The notes beneath the pieces were generated by a model. It was given only the letters and a program-made list of their open reading frames with translations. It did no database searches and had not been told where the DNA came from. The translations under genes were made by a program, and so were the position numbers. From assembly GCA_963707215.1 (NCBI GenBank), contig CAVPPB010000001.1:416001-480000 (forward strand): a stretch of 64,000 nucleotides of DNA, in the 5' to 3' direction. Positions 61,462 to 64,000 of the stretch are shown here, one piece after another; the stretch's first letter is position 1; every line of letters begins with the position of its first letter. Source of the DNA: an uncultured Chloroflexia bacterium (lineage in GTDB: Bacteria > Chloroflexota > Limnocylindria > Limnocylindrales > CSP1-4).

Positions 61462-62394
61462 ATGGACCTGGAGCGCGTGGCGCCAGAGCTGCGGGAGCGC
61501 CTCCGGTTCGCCAGCGTGGGCCCTATCGACAAGCCCTGGCGACGCGGCCTCGCTCGTGCTGTCCTGCGGTTGATGCGGTCACCGAAGGTGGAAGGTGTCA
61601 CGCTCGAGCTGAGCGCCGGGTCCGGTCTCGGCGCCCGGGTCTACCGTCCGCAGGGCATGGCCGCGTCCGGGACCGTCCTCTGGATCCACGGCGGCGGCCT
61701 GGTGATCGGGCGGGCGGCCCAGAACGATCGGCTGTGCGGCGAGCTGGCCCGCGAGGCCGCGGTCACGGTCGTGTCCGTCGAGTACCGCAAGGCGCCAGAG
61801 CATCCCTTCCCGGCCGCCCTCGACGACTGCCACGCGGGCTGGTCGTGGATCCAGCGCGAGGCTGTGCAGCTGGGCCTCGACCCGGGTCGGGTCGTCGTCG
61901 CCGGCGAGAGCGCCGGCGCGGGTCTCGCGGCGGCGCTGGTCCAGCGGCTCCACGATGAAGGTGGCACCCAGCCGCTCGGCCAGCTCCTGTTCTGCCCGAT
62001 GCTCGACGATCGCACTGCCGCTCGCCGGGAGCTCGACGAGATCGACCACCCCGTCTGGGACAACCGGCTGAACCGCTTCGGCTGGCGGTCGTACCTGGGC
62101 GTCGAGCCCGGGGCCGCGTCCGTGCCGCCCTACGCGGTCCCAGCCAGGCGACCCGACCTGGCGGGACTCCCTCCCGCCTGGATCGGCGTTGGCGAGCTCG
62201 AGCTGTTCCACGAGGAGGACGTCGTCTACGCCGAACGCATGCGCGCGGCTGGCGTACCGGTCGACCTGGACGTCGTGCCCGGCGCCGTCCACGGCTTCGA
62301 GGTCTGGGCCCCCGACAGCGCTCTCGCCAGGGCCCATGTCGGTCGGGCCCACCGGTGGCTCCGTCGGCTCCTCGGCGAGACCGGGGACGCCTAG
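61462..62394 (+). CDS. Alpha/beta hydrolase, HSL-family esterase
   Basis: IHGGG, YRKAPEHPFPA, GESAG, HGF. Confidence 0.93.
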   Translation: MDLERVAPELRERLRFASVGPIDKPWRRGLARAVLRLMRSPKVEGVTLELSAGSGLGARVYRPQGMAASGTVLWIHGGGLVIGRAAQNDRLCGELAREAAVTVVSVEYRKAPEHPFPAALDDCHAGWSWIQREAVQLGLDPGRVVVAGESAGAGLAAALVQRLHDEGGTQPLGQLLFCPMLDDRTAARRELDEIDHPVWDNRLNRFGWRSYLGVEPGAASVPPYAVPARRPDLAGLPPAWIGVGELELFHEEDVVYAERMRAAGVPVDLDVVPGAVHGFEVWAPDSALARAHVGRAHRWLRRLLGETGDA

Positions 62395-62444
62395 CTTCCC
62401 GCTTCCACGACCGGCCACGATGCAGCGCCGGCCCGGGCCGGCGG

Positions 62445-63740
62445 TCAGTCCACCGGACCGGCGTCCGCCGTCGGCTGCTCGCTGGCGTGGGCGATGTACG
62501 GGAACTGGCGCCAGAGCCCCAGCACCAGCGCCGCCGACCCTACGAACCCGAACCAGAACGGGGCGGTGATGCCGAGCTCGCGGGCCAGCAGGCCGCCGAT
62601 GGGCGTGCCGATGACGATGCCCAGGACGACGCCGATCGTGTAGATCCCGGTCACCCGGCCCAGCAGCGGGTCGGGGACGGCCCGCTGGCGGACGACGGTC
62701 GAGGTCGTCCCCCAGATGAAGGCGTGGGCCCCGAAGACCACGAACGTCGCCAGCGCCACGACCGGTGAGGTCGTGAGGGCCAGTACCAGGTGGGTCGCCG
62801 TCTCGATGAGCAGGCCGACCCGCATGATGTCGCCGAGCGAGAACCGCCGCTCCAGCCGGCCGTAGGCGCTCGTGCCGACGAGCCCCCCGACGGCCATCGC
62901 CGTCGTCAGCAGCCCGAACCCTACCGCCCCCATCCCCAGTCGCTCATCGGCATACAGGACGAGGATGGACCAGGCCGCCCCGAAGGTCACGTTGAAGGCG
63001 AAGATCGTGAGAGCGAGCGTTCGCATCGGGGGGTTGCCGACCAGCCAGCGCATCCCCTCCAAGAGGTCGGCCCGGATGCTCGATCGTGGGCCGGCCGGCT
63101 CGGCTGGGCTCGACAGGACGATCCGGCTCACGAGCAGCGCGCCAAGCGCGAAGCAGACCGCCTCGGCCGCGAACGGGATCGCCGTCCCGACGACGAACAG
63201 GAATGCGCCGATCGGCGGGGCGAAGAGCTGGTTGGAGAGCAGGAACGCGCCGATCAGGCGGGCGTTGGCGATGCCGAGATCCTCGCGACGGACGAGCCGT
63301 GGCAGCAGGCTGCCGCTGCCGACGTCGGCGAACGTCTCGGCGGTGCCGAGGACGAAGAGGGCGGCCAGGATGAGCGGGACGGTCACCGCACCGCCGGCGA
63401 TCGTCGCCGCGAGTGCCCCCAGCACCACGGCCCGTCCGAGGTTTACGACCACCAGGATCCGCCGCCGGTCGTAGCGGTCGGCGGCCGTCCCGGCGACCAG
63501 CCCGAACACGAGGGTCGGCAGCATCTGAGCGAGGAACGCCATCGAGACGACGAGCGGGTCGCGGGTCAGCGAGGCGACGAGGAGCGGTCCGGCGGCCAGG
63601 GCGAAGCCGTCGCCGACGTTGGTCAGGATCGACGAGGCCAGCAGCCAGCGGAAGCTCCGGCCGAGCCGCTGCGGCACGACGGCTTCGAGGGCCGCCTCGA
63701 GGGGCACGACGATCGCGGACCGCGGAGGCTCGGATCCCAT
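62445..63740 (-). CDS. MFS transporter
   Basis: GTAADRYDRRR, VPDPLLGRV, ~12 TM; start uncertain (63740 or 63767). Confidence 0.9.
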   Translation of the reverse strand: MGSEPPRSAIVVPLEAALEAVVPQRLGRSFRWLLASSILTNVGDGFALAAGPLLVASLTRDPLVVSMAFLAQMLPTLVFGLVAGTAADRYDRRRILVVVNLGRAVVLGALAATIAGGAVTVPLILAALFVLGTAETFADVGSGSLLPRLVRREDLGIANARLIGAFLLSNQLFAPPIGAFLFVVGTAIPFAAEAVCFALGALLVSRIVLSSPAEPAGPRSSIRADLLEGMRWLVGNPPMRTLALTIFAFNVTFGAAWSILVLYADERLGMGAVGFGLLTTAMAVGGLVGTSAYGRLERRFSLGDIMRVGLLIETATHLVLALTTSPVVALATFVVFGAHAFIWGTTSTVVRQRAVPDPLLGRVTGIYTIGVVLGIVIGTPIGGLLARELGITAPFWFGFVGSAALVLGLWRQFPYIAHASEQPTADAGPVD

Positions 63741-63950
63741 ACCGGACGACTCTAGGGGGTCGATCATCGCCCCTGCTGGCCCGCCCGACGGCGACCCCGA
63801 CCCGGGCTCGGGGAAGCCCGGTGGCGGCCATCTCGCGGGCGAGGGTGACCCGTGCCACAATGCCGTGCGCTGCGCCGACGGGCCCGGCGATCACGCGGTG
63901 ACCCTCGAGACCGCAGCATGGCGGCCGGGGACCGCACTCGGGAGGCGAGC

Positions 63951-64000
63951 ATGAGCGCGATGCAGGGACCGGGTCCGGGCCCGGAAGTCGCGATCCGGAC
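63951..64000 (+). CDS. Start of a CDS running off the window
   Basis: GGGAGG RBS then ATG, open to the window end (MSAMQGPGPGPEVAIR...). Confidence 0.5.
   Translation, partial: MSAMQGPGPGPEVAIR

Overview
Very GC-rich (visually >70%), gene-dense bacterial chromosomal window with about 55 CDS. I saw no rRNA, tRNA, CRISPR array, prophage or transposase. Gene content and style suggest a Chloroflexota- or Actinomycetota-like organism (inference only). Left half: argG/argH, adenosine deaminase, a GH15 hydrolase, glpD-glpK, several transporters (MFS, EamA, ABC, CDF), a full-length plus half-length aldehyde dehydrogenase pair, deoC and peptidases. Right half: a ~20 kb phosphate/polyphosphate supercluster (ppk1, CYTH-CHAD, ppx, an atypical OmpR, pstSCAB-phoU, sixA, GDPD, phoR-like kinase, pit-DUF47, phoB-like regulator) interleaved with proS, followed by gltX, a DtxR regulator, a J-domain protein, class 3 asparaginase and upp. 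The most striking observation is a stand-alone ATP-dependent DNA-ligase adenylation domain (30959-31762). All its catalytic residues are replaced while the scaffold is kept, and it carries an N-terminal Hda-like QLSLDL sliding-clamp-type motif. Also notable are a non-phosphorylatable PhoB paralogue upstream of pstS, candidate TTAAC PHO boxes, widespread leaderless promoters, and a cluster of +1 frameshifts at 41.8-43.4 kb that is probably assembly error. All family calls come from motif recognition; no database search was run.
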